Virus record (IMG/VR): IMGVR_UViG_3300009523_000001
Coordinates: 53,666 to 117,665 of that record
DNA from: a virus
Length of the DNA: 64,000 nucleotides
Reading direction: 5' to 3' (one strand)
Under the pieces are notes generated by a model that ran no database searches, was not told the origin of the DNA, and saw nothing but the letters and a program-made list of their open reading frames with translations. The translations under genes were made by a program, and so were the position numbers. Positions 20,438 through 28,873 of the stretch are shown piece after piece (position 1 is the stretch's first letter; every line of letters begins with the position of its first letter).

Positions 20438-21154
20438 TCAGGCGGCTGGTCTACGCGGCGGCAGGTACGCGGCGGCTGCGACAGGAGCGAGTTTGACCGC
20501 CGCGACGACACCGCCGACCACCACCACCCCGACCACGACCCAGAGCTGCCACGGGATCAGGTTGCTGGCAGCTTTCCCCGCCGCTGCTGCGGCCCCTTCG
20601 AGGGCTTCGGTCGCGATGTTCCCGATTTTCTGGAGTCCCCGTGAACCGACCAGGCCAAGGATCCCGAGAAAGTCCGCATCGATGGCCACAGACTGCAGGT
20701 CGGTGAGCACCTTGCGTTGCACGTCCGGCGACGGTGGATCCGGCCATTTCATGCCGGGCGCGAACTTGTCGACCTTTTCGTCGGCGGCGAGGTTGCTGAT
20801 CCGCGTAATCGTGTCTTCCCAGGACTTGAGAATGATGCCGGATTGTTCTTCGATCCGGTTCGGCGTCAGCCCGGCGAACTGGTTCCACGCCGCGAGCATG
20901 GTCTGCGCCTGATTGCGGTACGCGGCGCCCAGCTTCTTCAGCTCGTCGGTGGTGAATCCGGTCGGTGGGTGAGCCGCCACCATGTCGAACGAGTCGGCCA
21001 CGGTCGTCATGTTTCGGAGCATTCCGAGGACGTACGGATCCCACGCGCCGCGGTACGCGAGGACTGCGGCGACGACCGCGGACTGCGGCGGCGCGGCGGC
21101 TCCGAGAAAGCCAGCAACGGCACGGCCGCGGAATCGAATCGATTCGGTGATCAT
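20438..21154 (-). CDS. C-terminally anchored membrane protein with GRAVAGFLG leader
   Basis: MITESIRFRGRAVAGFLG; TM WQLWVVVGVVVVGGVVAAV; ATGA-coupled. Confidence 0.7.
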   Translation of the reverse strand: MITESIRFRGRAVAGFLGAAAPPQSAVVAAVLAYRGAWDPYVLGMLRNMTTVADSFDMVAAHPPTGFTTDELKKLGAAYRNQAQTMLAAWNQFAGLTPNRIEEQSGIILKSWEDTITRISNLAADEKVDKFAPGMKWPDPPSPDVQRKVLTDLQSVAIDADFLGILGLVGSRGLQKIGNIATEALEGAAAAAGKAASNLIPWQLWVVVGVVVVGGVVAAVKLAPVAAAAYLPPRRPAA

Positions 21155-21549
21155 TTTCGCTTCCTCCGAAACGTCCGCCGAGCAATTTCTTCGAGGGCCC
21201 ATCCGGTCGCCGTAGAGACGAGGCTCATGACCAGGGCGTACTTCCACGGCGACGGGTGGGGAGGCGCAGCCGTCGCCGGCGCATCGAGGTGCCCCACTCC
21301 AGTGCTCATCCGTCCGCGCAAGAGATTCGCCATCTCGAGCGCGGTGCGCTGCGTGGGCACGATCCCGCCGCCCGGTTCGGTGCAGCCGCCCCCGTCGACC
21401 AGCGCGTCCCCTCGCCCAGAAGCGATGAGGCGATCCATGTCCTGGAGCTTGTTGCGCGTCGCGACCCACTCGGGCAGCGGCATCGATCCGAGGCCGAACC
21501 CGATGACCAGCCGCCCGTTGCGGTGGATGCCGTCTTGCACGCCGTTCAA
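21151..21549 (-). CDS. Membrane protein with GRLVIGFGLG leader
   Basis: IHRNGRLVIGFGLG; hydrophobic segment and RRKRK tail; start uncertain. Confidence 0.6.
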   Translation of the reverse strand: MNGVQDGIHRNGRLVIGFGLGSMPLPEWVATRNKLQDMDRLIASGRGDALVDGGGCTEPGGGIVPTQRTALEMANLLRGRMSTGVGHLDAPATAAPPHPSPWKYALVMSLVSTATGWALEEIARRTFRRKRK

Positions 21550-21560
21550 CGTACCACGGG

Positions 21561-22187
21561 CTAGTCCGGGAGTGTCGGAGGGTCGTTGCGGAGCTGCGCG
21601 GTGAGGCAGAACTCAATGAGATGCTGCAGGCGTGACACGTCGATGACTCCGGAGGCCCAAGCGCGATCAGCGGCTTCCAGCGCTCGGACGTATGCAATGG
21701 GAGCGTACTTGATTCGCTGCGGTACGGGACTTTCGCCACCGAGTTCCTTGCCGAGTCTCTGGCACATGATCAAGTAGGATACGGCCCTGGCGGTTCGACC
21801 GTTGCCGTCGTCGAACGGATGAATCCACGCGATCTTCCACATGACGAAGGCAGCGAGAAACATCGCTTCACTCTCGTCCTCGGCATCGTACTCGTTGACG
21901 AAGGTGCACACGTCTTGCACAAGACGGTCGACGTCCACATACGGCGGAGGCTCATGGTGCGATCCGAAGATTTCGACGTCGCTTGTTCTCCATCGACCGG
22001 CGTTCGGAAGAATATCCTGCATTGCAACTTGATGAAGGCGGAGGATCATCCGCGGCGTCAGCGTTCGGTACGCAGGTGACCGTAGAGATTGACGCATCCA
22101 CTGTCGTACCATCCGCAGTTGCTCAAGGCCGCCTTCGGCCTCACGGATCTCGGGTTCGTCCGAATCGTCGTCGTACCCCCACCCCAC
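21561..22187 (-). CDS. fic: Fic-family AMPylase
   Basis: Canonical HPFDDGNGRTAR motif. Confidence 0.9.
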   Translation of the reverse strand: MGWGYDDDSDEPEIREAEGGLEQLRMVRQWMRQSLRSPAYRTLTPRMILRLHQVAMQDILPNAGRWRTSDVEIFGSHHEPPPYVDVDRLVQDVCTFVNEYDAEDESEAMFLAAFVMWKIAWIHPFDDGNGRTARAVSYLIMCQRLGKELGGESPVPQRIKYAPIAYVRALEAADRAWASGVIDVSRLQHLIEFCLTAQLRNDPPTLPD

Positions 22188-22366
22188 TAGCCGGACATGC
22201 GGCGGCGTTCGCGCAACCTCTCCGCTGCGATGTCGACGATCTCACGCGTTACCCGAGGATTCTCCAGGCCGATGTTTCCGACGACGAAGTTGCGCGACTG
22301 CTCTTCGCGCTCCGCCTCGGTCATCGGGCGCGACTCTCGAATCAGTCGGGCGAGTTCGCGGGTCAT
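22187..22366 (-). CDS. Putative Fic antitoxin (59 aa; below ORF-track cutoff)
   Basis: MTRELARLIRESRPMTEAEREEQSRNFVVGNIGLENPRVTREIVD...; xxxxEN inhibitory-like motif; stop overlaps fic start. Confidence 0.6.
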   Translation of the reverse strand: MTRELARLIRESRPMTEAEREEQSRNFVVGNIGLENPRVTREIVDIAAERLRERRRMSG

Positions 22367-22414
22367 GGTCGTCTAGTGTAGCGGCTGCATAATTCTAGCG
22401 CAAATGCCGGAAAA

Positions 22415-22615
22415 TCACCGTATTCGCGCTGCCGCTGCTGTCTGTGTCTCGGATCCGTTCTTGGCTGCCTGGTACGCGCCCACGGCCTTTCTCGCCCGCT
22501 CGCCGGCCATCCCACGCACGCTCCCGGGTTCGCGCAGCTCGCGCAAGATCGATCGGGGGTCGACGTCGTGCGTGGCGGAGAGGCGGCGGAGGGTCGCGGC
22601 GGGGATGGTGGGCAT
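22415..22615 (-). CDS. Small helical protein, possible transcription regulator
   Basis: MPTIPAATLRRLSATHDVDPRSILREL (HTH-like); divergent from RHH gene. Confidence 0.45.
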   Translation of the reverse strand: MPTIPAATLRRLSATHDVDPRSILRELREPGSVRGMAGERARKAVGAYQAAKNGSETQTAAAARIR

Positions 22616-22748
22616 CGGTTTCTGGAGTTCATGTTTCCACGATGCGATCACGGTGTCTACACCATGCGAAGAATCGTGCGTGGACGCTCGTCGATCGATT
22701 GACGAGGTCACACGCACTACCGCAGAGTTCCCGGCGTAGGTCCGAGGG

Positions 22749-22958
22749 ATGTCATCGCGAGCCATCATCTATACCGAGGTTGCGACGATCAAAATGACCC
22801 CCGAACAGCGGCGGCTTATCAGCCAACGTGCGAAGCACTGCGGCGTGCGCGTCTCCGTGTGGATGCGATCGGTGCTCCTGCAGGCGGCGCAGTCCGCGGC
22901 CAGGCAGCCGAGCGATGGCTACATTCGAATCCGCGAACCGGACGGAGTGACCACATGA
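22749..22958 (+). CDS. Ribbon-helix-helix DNA-binding protein
   Basis: VATIKMTPEQRRLISQRAKHCGVRVSVWMRSVLL, MobC/CopG-like pattern. Confidence 0.7.
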   Translation: MSSRAIIYTEVATIKMTPEQRRLISQRAKHCGVRVSVWMRSVLLQAAQSAARQPSDGYIRIREPDGVTT

Positions 22959-23404
22959 ACCGTTCGCAGCACATGATGGGGTTCGGCCCTGAACCGCGCA
23001 CCACCGTCGACAATCGGGTCTGGTTCGGCCAGAAGCTCGCGCTCTGGAAGAGCAAGGTCGCCCTGGAGATTGCCGGCAAGCAAGCGGCCGAGATCCTCGC
23101 GCGCTGCGCGCACATGACGGGCTGCCCCGCCGAATCGGTCGAGACCGAGTCCTGCCTGCCCGACTGCCCCGATCGCGAGATCCGGATGTCGGCGCTCGTG
23201 ATCCTCAGCGCCGCCCACCAGTTGGCACCGCCCGTCGCCTCCAAGCTCGCGCAGCCGTACACGGCGCCGAGCCGGGAAACCTTCTCGGCCATCGTCGCGG
23301 ATCTCGCGGCATGCCAGGCGGAGCTCGAAACCCTGCGCGGCGCCGCGGTGACGATGCCGCCTTTCGACGACCCCACCCCAAAGCTCAAGGAGAAAGCCCC
23401 ATGA
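22955..23404 (+). CDS. Hypothetical Cys-containing protein
   Basis: ATGA-coupled at both ends; CAHMTGC..CLPDCPD. Confidence 0.65.
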   Translation: MNRSQHMMGFGPEPRTTVDNRVWFGQKLALWKSKVALEIAGKQAAEILARCAHMTGCPAESVETESCLPDCPDREIRMSALVILSAAHQLAPPVASKLAQPYTAPSRETFSAIVADLAACQAELETLRGAAVTMPPFDDPTPKLKEKAP

Positions 23405-23784
23405 AGTTCGAACCCCGACGCGGTCAGGCGATCGGCCGCATCGTCGTCCGGCCCCCCTCCTCGTCCATCGTGCGGACGGACGAGACGAAGGAGACGACGA
23501 AATTCATGCTGCTCGACGCCGTCGGTTCTGATTTTGAGGAGAGAGGGCTGCGGGCGGGCGACGTGGTGCTGCCAAGGAAGATCCACATCATCCAGATGGA
23601 CGGAGGAACCTCGGTTCGACCGTTCGTCGAAGAGGACGACGTTGTGCTCATCGTCCGAGACTGGACCAGCCTCGACGATTTCTACGTGCAGACCGAGAAC
23701 GGCAAGGCGTACGTGCCGTTCGACGACCCGCGGGCGGCGCCGTCGCTCGGAATTGTCGTCGAGCGCGCGGCAGCGGCGGCGTGA
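23401..23784 (+). CDS. GroES-like co-chaperonin
   Basis: MKFEPRRGQAIGRIVV...SSIV...LDAVG...LRAGDVVLP...VEEDDVVLIV follows the GroES pattern. Confidence 0.6.
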   Translation: MKFEPRRGQAIGRIVVRPPSSSIVRTDETKETTKFMLLDAVGSDFEERGLRAGDVVLPRKIHIIQMDGGTSVRPFVEEDDVVLIVRDWTSLDDFYVQTENGKAYVPFDDPRAAPSLGIVVERAAAAA

Positions 23785-24491
23785 GGGGACCCATGATTAC
23801 CCGGAGCGCGTACGACCCGTCGGCGATCAGCCGCCTGCGGCGCGGGTGCGCCTGCCACGAGCCGGCGTTGGCGCGAACCCTCGCCGAGCGCGCGGTGCGA
23901 TCCAGTCAACGAACTGGCCGGCGTCCCCGGATGAAGGACGACGCCCACGAGGTTGCACTCGCGGACGCGGGAGCCGACCCGGTGGTCCTTGGAGCCGGCA
24001 ACGGATCGAAGTGCCGCCCGTTTCTGACGGTCCAGAAGGACCAAGAGCGGTTCGCGGCCTGCAACGCACTCGCCGACTCGATCGGACCGCTCGATGATCC
24101 GAAAAAAGCGTTCAAGCTAATCCGCGAGGCCATCGGTGACGAGGTCAACGAGGTCTTCGGGATCGTCACCCTCGATCTGCATCTGAGGATGAAGAGCATC
24201 GCCGAGACCGGTCGAGGGGAACCGTCCGCCGTGATGGCGCCAATGGTGCCGACGCTGCAGGCAGCACTTATTGACGGTGCGCACGCCATCATCCTCTGCC
24301 ACTGCCACCCCTCTGGGGTGCCGGCCGAGCCGAGCGACGCGGACAAGGAGACGACCGAGGCGTTCGCAGACGCGTGCGAGGTCATCAACGTCCACCTGAT
24401 GGACCACATCATCGTGGGTGGGACTGTAGAGAAACCGTCGTACTTCAGTTTTGTTGAGGCGGGTCTTCTGCAACCACCCGAGGATTTGTGA
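23781..24491 (+). CDS. radC: RadC-like JAB/MPN metalloprotease-domain protein
   Basis: EVFGIVTLD...HCHPSG...PSDAD...LMDHIIVG...YFSF. Confidence 0.85.
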   Translation: MRGPMITRSAYDPSAISRLRRGCACHEPALARTLAERAVRSSQRTGRRPRMKDDAHEVALADAGADPVVLGAGNGSKCRPFLTVQKDQERFAACNALADSIGPLDDPKKAFKLIREAIGDEVNEVFGIVTLDLHLRMKSIAETGRGEPSAVMAPMVPTLQAALIDGAHAIILCHCHPSGVPAEPSDADKETTEAFADACEVINVHLMDHIIVGGTVEKPSYFSFVEAGLLQPPEDL

Positions 24492-24530
24492 AGTTCGTCT
24501 GCACCCATTTCCCACGGAGCCAAACTTTCC

Positions 24531-24974
24531 ATGCCGCCTAGCAACCTCCCCCGCGATGTCGGTCCGTCCATCCTCCCGGTCGAACGTCTCTTGCCGCAAC
24601 CGAGCCCGGACGCGACGGCGCTGGTCCGGTTGGTCACCGCTTCGCTCACCGCGGATGGAGACAAAGAGCTCACGGTGTGGATCCTGAACCATCCGCACCC
24701 GCTCGCGACCGAGGCCAAGATCGTGCGGATGTACTCCCGCGAAGACGGCGGGATTGAGGTGTACTCGAGCGACGGCAAGATGTTCGTGCGCACGGTCATT
24801 CCGGAACGCTGCATTCGATTCTTCGACGAGGCCATGAGCGAGGACACCTTCGTCGAGTTCATTACGATCGCCGAGGAAGACGAAGATGAGCCGGAACCGG
24901 AGGAACCGGAGCCGGAGCCGGAGCCGGAGCCCGCACCGACCCCAGGCACCAACGGTCCGAGCGCAACGACGTAG
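24531..24974 (+). CDS. Hypothetical protein with acidic EP-repeat tail
   Basis: 147-aa ORF within operon. Confidence 0.65.
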   Translation: MPPSNLPRDVGPSILPVERLLPQPSPDATALVRLVTASLTADGDKELTVWILNHPHPLATEAKIVRMYSREDGGIEVYSSDGKMFVRTVIPERCIRFFDEAMSEDTFVEFITIAEEDEDEPEPEEPEPEPEPEPAPTPGTNGPSATT

Positions 24975-24983
24975 GGGCCCACC

Positions 24984-26837
24984 ATGCCGCCGCCGGACGA
25001 TCGCGACGAAGACAATCCTGAAGAAGAGGAGGAGGAAGAGGACCCGGACGAGACGGAAGATGACGCCGTCACGTCCACGACCGATCAGAGGCTGGTGCGA
25101 CTTCCTCGTCGCCGACCCGATCCGCCGACGAACGACTCCGGCGAGCCCGCCAACCGACCTCCAGCACCTCCCGATCGGCGACCTCGCCGCCGCCTCGACG
25201 CCCCCAACAACGCCGCTCCACCGCCTCGCCGTCGTCGTGCACCGCCCCCCGCGCCGCCACCCTCTCCCGACCCGATCCTCCCCATGAACACACCCGCTCC
25301 GCCCGCTGCCGGTCCGCCGCCCGCTCTGGCTATCCCGCCCGCGTCGCACGCCGCCGACGGCAACATCCTGCTCGCGTTCGAAGAGACGATCCGGCTCTTC
25401 CCGGCAGCAGCGCAGACCATTGCCGTCGAGAGAAAGACCGGCACGCCGGCGCAGTGGATGATCACCAGCCGCCCGCGCACGGCCAACGAGCTGTACGACG
25501 CGATCAAACTCTTGCACGGCCGAGCGGGAGAGACCACCTACGAGGTCACCTTCCGCGACGGGGCCGGCCACGGCAACGGGGGGCAAGTCTCGATGCCGAG
25601 CACGCTGGGCGACCCCTTGCCGCCCGGCGCTCCTGCTGTGCCCCAGCCCTATCCACCGCCGTACGCGCCGCCGTACGCGCAGATGCCCACGGCGTACGCG
25701 GCGCCCCCGATGCCTCCTGCCGCTCCTATAGCCGGCGCGCCGTTCGACGCGAACACGCTGCTCACCATGCAGCGCCAGCTCTTCGAGATGATGCAGGCGA
25801 TGGCTCCGAAGCCCGTGACCGCTCCGCCGCCCATGCCGCCTGCAGCTCCTCCCCAGGCACCGGTCGATCAGGCGACCCCGCTGCTCGCGATGCAGAAGCA
25901 ACTGTTCGAGATGATGCAAGCAATGCAGGCGACGGCCGCCGGGCACGCGCCGCCGCCACCGCCGCCGCCCCAACCGATGGCTCCGCCGCCACCGGCGACC
26001 GCCCCGCCCGACCCGGCGGCGGCGATGCTCGCGATGCAGAAGCAACTGTTCGAGATGATGCAAGCGATGCAGGCGACAGCGGCCGGGCACGCGCGACCGG
26101 CGCATCCCGCGACGCCGCCGGTGTTCGTCGCTCCACCGCCAGCGACGGACCCGACCACGGCGATGCTGACGATGCAGAAGCAGATGTTCGAGATGATGCT
26201 GACGATGATGCAGACGGCCCAGCGCGGAGCCGGCGCATCGCCCGCGGGCGGACCGTACTACCGGCCGCGCTACCCGGGTCCGTCCGATCCGCGCGACCCG
26301 AATGCGCCGCCGTACGATCCCCGATCGCCCTATTCACCGCCCGCGCGCCCGCAGACGCCATCCCAGCAGCTCCGCGAAGCGGCCAGTGTCTTCCGCGACA
26401 CGATCGAAGTCGCGCGCGAATTCGGGTTCGGTGGCGCAGCCGCCGAACCGCCACCGCCCGAGGACGACGACAGCCCCGTCCGCGTCATCGACATGGGGCC
26501 GGCCAAGGGGGTCATCAACCGGGAGGACGGAAGCCTGCGCGGCGTCGAGACGTTCATGGCCAATCTGCCCGACATCCTCAAGTGGGTCGGCGAGCAGCGG
26601 GCGGAGATCCGCAAGGCCAACGAGAAACGGCAAGAGCAGCAGCAGTTGCCGCCCGGCTACGTCAGGGTAGGACCCGGCTACGAACCGCCGGAGGGCTTCG
26701 TCGCGGTCCCGGTCGACCAGATCCCATCGTCTGCGCAGGAGGCGTTGCCCGAACCGCCGGCCGAGATGCCGCCACCGATCGCAGAACCGCCGCCCGCAGC
26801 CGCACCGCCGAAGCGGGCGTGGGGGATGCCGCGGTGA
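24984..26837 (+). CDS. Pro-rich protein with four MQ(K/R)Q(L/M)FEMM helical repeats
   Basis: Acidic N-terminus, globular segment, Pro-rich linkers, repeated LL(A/T)MQKQLFEMMQAM. Confidence 0.7.
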   Translation: MPPPDDRDEDNPEEEEEEEDPDETEDDAVTSTTDQRLVRLPRRRPDPPTNDSGEPANRPPAPPDRRPRRRLDAPNNAAPPPRRRRAPPPAPPPSPDPILPMNTPAPPAAGPPPALAIPPASHAADGNILLAFEETIRLFPAAAQTIAVERKTGTPAQWMITSRPRTANELYDAIKLLHGRAGETTYEVTFRDGAGHGNGGQVSMPSTLGDPLPPGAPAVPQPYPPPYAPPYAQMPTAYAAPPMPPAAPIAGAPFDANTLLTMQRQLFEMMQAMAPKPVTAPPPMPPAAPPQAPVDQATPLLAMQKQLFEMMQAMQATAAGHAPPPPPPPQPMAPPPPATAPPDPAAAMLAMQKQLFEMMQAMQATAAGHARPAHPATPPVFVAPPPATDPTTAMLTMQKQMFEMMLTMMQTAQRGAGASPAGGPYYRPRYPGPSDPRDPNAPPYDPRSPYSPPARPQTPSQQLREAASVFRDTIEVAREFGFGGAAAEPPPPEDDDSPVRVIDMGPAKGVINREDGSLRGVETFMANLPDILKWVGEQRAEIRKANEKRQEQQQLPPGYVRVGPGYEPPEGFVAVPVDQIPSSAQEALPEPPAEMPPPIAEPPPAAAPPKRAWGMPR

Positions 26838-27502
26838 AGTTCAGCGTAAATATGGAGGTGACCGACGACGAGCTGAAGGAGTACGCGGCCGACGTGCTCC
26901 TGAAAGTACTCGGTGCCGCGTGGCGTAGCATGGAGGGCGCGCTTACCGACCCGCAGGCCGCCGCGTTCGCGATGAACCTGTTCCAGCAAGGCATGCAGGC
27001 TGGCAGCCGGGTGGTGATGCAGCAGCAGCAGCAACGCAAGCGCGGTCCGGTTCCCACGCACCCGCCTGGGTACGGACCGGGATTCGGTCCGGGGATGGCA
27101 CCCATTGGGTTTGGGTACCCACCCCCAGGTCCCTACGGGCCTGGGGCACCCCCAGGTCCCTACGGGCCTGGGGCACCCCCAGGTCCCTACGGGCCTGGGG
27201 CAGTGCCGTACGGGACTCCTGGCGCGAACGGTCCGGCCAGTCCAGGCAACGTGCAGGGCATCCGCTCCGGTGGCACCAATGGAATCGAGCGATGCTTCCC
27301 CATCGAGGGGACTCGGCAGACCGAGGAGGGGGTCGGTTGCTGCCAGTGCGCGACGTTCAATGGGTTGCAGCGCACCGTCTGCCGGTACTGCGGGCACACG
27401 CTCTGTCACGAGAGAGAGCAGCCGCCGATCGTCACACCGCCGCCGATTCGCACGCCAGGGCCTGGGATGGGTGGATCGCCACCTCCCAACGAGGGGGCGT
27501 GA
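26834..27502 (+). CDS. Protein with PPGPYGPGA repeats and C-terminal Zn ribbon
   Basis: GTG start overlapping upstream TGA; CCQCATFNGLQRTVCRYCGH. Confidence 0.7.
   Translation: MKFSVNMEVTDDELKEYAADVLLKVLGAAWRSMEGALTDPQAAAFAMNLFQQGMQAGSRVVMQQQQQRKRGPVPTHPPGYGPGFGPGMAPIGFGYPPPGPYGPGAPPGPYGPGAPPGPYGPGAVPYGTPGANGPASPGNVQGIRSGGTNGIERCFPIEGTRQTEEGVGCCQCATFNGLQRTVCRYCGHTLCHEREQPPIVTPPPIRTPGPGMGGSPPPNEGA
27121..27201 (+). repeat. Three perfect 27-bp tandem repeats (coding PPGPYGPGA)
   Basis: ACCCCCAGGTCCCTACGGGCCTGGGGC x3. Confidence 0.9.
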
Positions 27503-27678
27503 TGCGGTTCACGATCTTTATGAAGGTCTCCGTCGACGCGACTGGCTCGCAGCAGGCGGTCGACTGGGCAAAGAGGCTCGAGAAGCTCCTCAAGGATCCG
27601 ATGGCGAAGACGGCGATCGTGGCCGAGGGCATCAAGATGGTCGGCGACCCGGTGGCGCTGCAACCGAAGCCGGAGTAG
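27502..27678 (+). CDS. Small hypothetical protein
   Basis: MRFTIFMKVSVD..., TGATG-coupled. Confidence 0.6.
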   Translation: MRFTIFMKVSVDATGSQQAVDWAKRLEKLLKDPMAKTAIVAEGIKMVGDPVALQPKPE

Positions 27679-27784
27679 CTCCTTCCCATGAACCACCGTC
27701 GTCCGCCGTACGCAGCGAGGGCGCGACGAGCGCAGGATGGACGAAGGCTAGACGCTCCGATGGGTCGCGCGTAGGCTACGAGCT

Positions 27785-28873
27785 GTGAGGACGTACGTCG
27801 TACAACATGGCGACTCACCGGCGAGCATCGCGGCGAAGGATTTTATGGCCGGGTGCCCGAAGTGCTCGATCGAGCTTGGACGCGTGAACGTCCACAAGCC
27901 AACGATTGTTCATCCAAACGGTTACGTCACTTTCAAAGAGCTCCGCGTCGGCGAGACTTTGCTGTTGCCCGACGAGTGGTTCCACCCGGCTCGCGAGAGC
28001 CTGCCGCCGACCTACTACAAGATCCTCCCCCACCACGACGGAGTCACGCGGGGGTCGCTCAGTGGTATGCTCGACGGATCCCCCGAGCTCGACGTGGCCG
28101 TGCCCGCGGTCGCCCAGCTCGCGGCGCTCGGTGACACCGCGTTCACTCAAGCCGTGGGCGACGCGGGCGCGAAGATCGACGCAGCGGTGAAGGAAGCAGT
28201 CGGTTCGACGTCGGCGGATGCCGCCGCCAAGGCGAAGGCCGTCCAGGACGCGACGCAGTGGGCCTGGCAACGCAATCGCGACCTCGCAGCCGCCGTCGCA
28301 GCGAACGACAGAGCCACCGTCACCCGCGCGCGACTCGACATCCAGAACGCCCTCTCGACCGCACTCGGCAACGCGCACCTGGCGATCCAGGCGCATGCCC
28401 CGTCTGCGTCTCCTGTGCCGAGCAGTTTGCAAGCGGCCGCGAAAGCCGCGGTGGCCGCCCTCTCGGCCGACCCGAATTATTGCACTTCGGTCACCCATCC
28501 CGGGACTCCGGTCAATGCCGCGGTGCACCGCTTCAAGTTGGCGTGGAACGCTTCGCAGTCTCCGAAGGTCCCCGTCGGTACGGGCACCTACGAAGTGGCC
28601 ACGACGGTGGCGCTCGCGCAGGTGGTCGGCCAGGCCCCGTCGGCGTGCGGTGCGGGTCAACGCCCGATGCCCGCACCGAAACCACCCCCACCGATCCCGT
28701 CGCCGAAGCAGGAAGCGATCACGCCGCCGAGCGATGAGAGCGGCGGCTGGTCCTCTTGGACGATTGCTGCAGCCACGGTGCTCGGAGTGGTGGCCGTAGG
28801 CGGTGTCGCGTACGTGGCGACGAGACCGAGCAAGCCCGCACGCCGATCGAGTTTCGCGCCGGAGCCCGCATGA
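27785..28873 (+). CDS. LysM-domain protein with PG-binding-like domain and C-terminal membrane anchor
   Basis: YVVQHGDSPASIA...LRVGETLLLP LysM; AVHRFKLAWN..GTYEVATTVAL; TM IAAATVLGVVAVGGVAYVA plus basic tail. Confidence 0.8.
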   Translation: MRTYVVQHGDSPASIAAKDFMAGCPKCSIELGRVNVHKPTIVHPNGYVTFKELRVGETLLLPDEWFHPARESLPPTYYKILPHHDGVTRGSLSGMLDGSPELDVAVPAVAQLAALGDTAFTQAVGDAGAKIDAAVKEAVGSTSADAAAKAKAVQDATQWAWQRNRDLAAAVAANDRATVTRARLDIQNALSTALGNAHLAIQAHAPSASPVPSSLQAAAKAAVAALSADPNYCTSVTHPGTPVNAAVHRFKLAWNASQSPKVPVGTGTYEVATTVALAQVVGQAPSACGAGQRPMPAPKPPPPIPSPKQEAITPPSDESGGWSSWTIAAATVLGVVAVGGVAYVATRPSKPARRSSFAPEPA

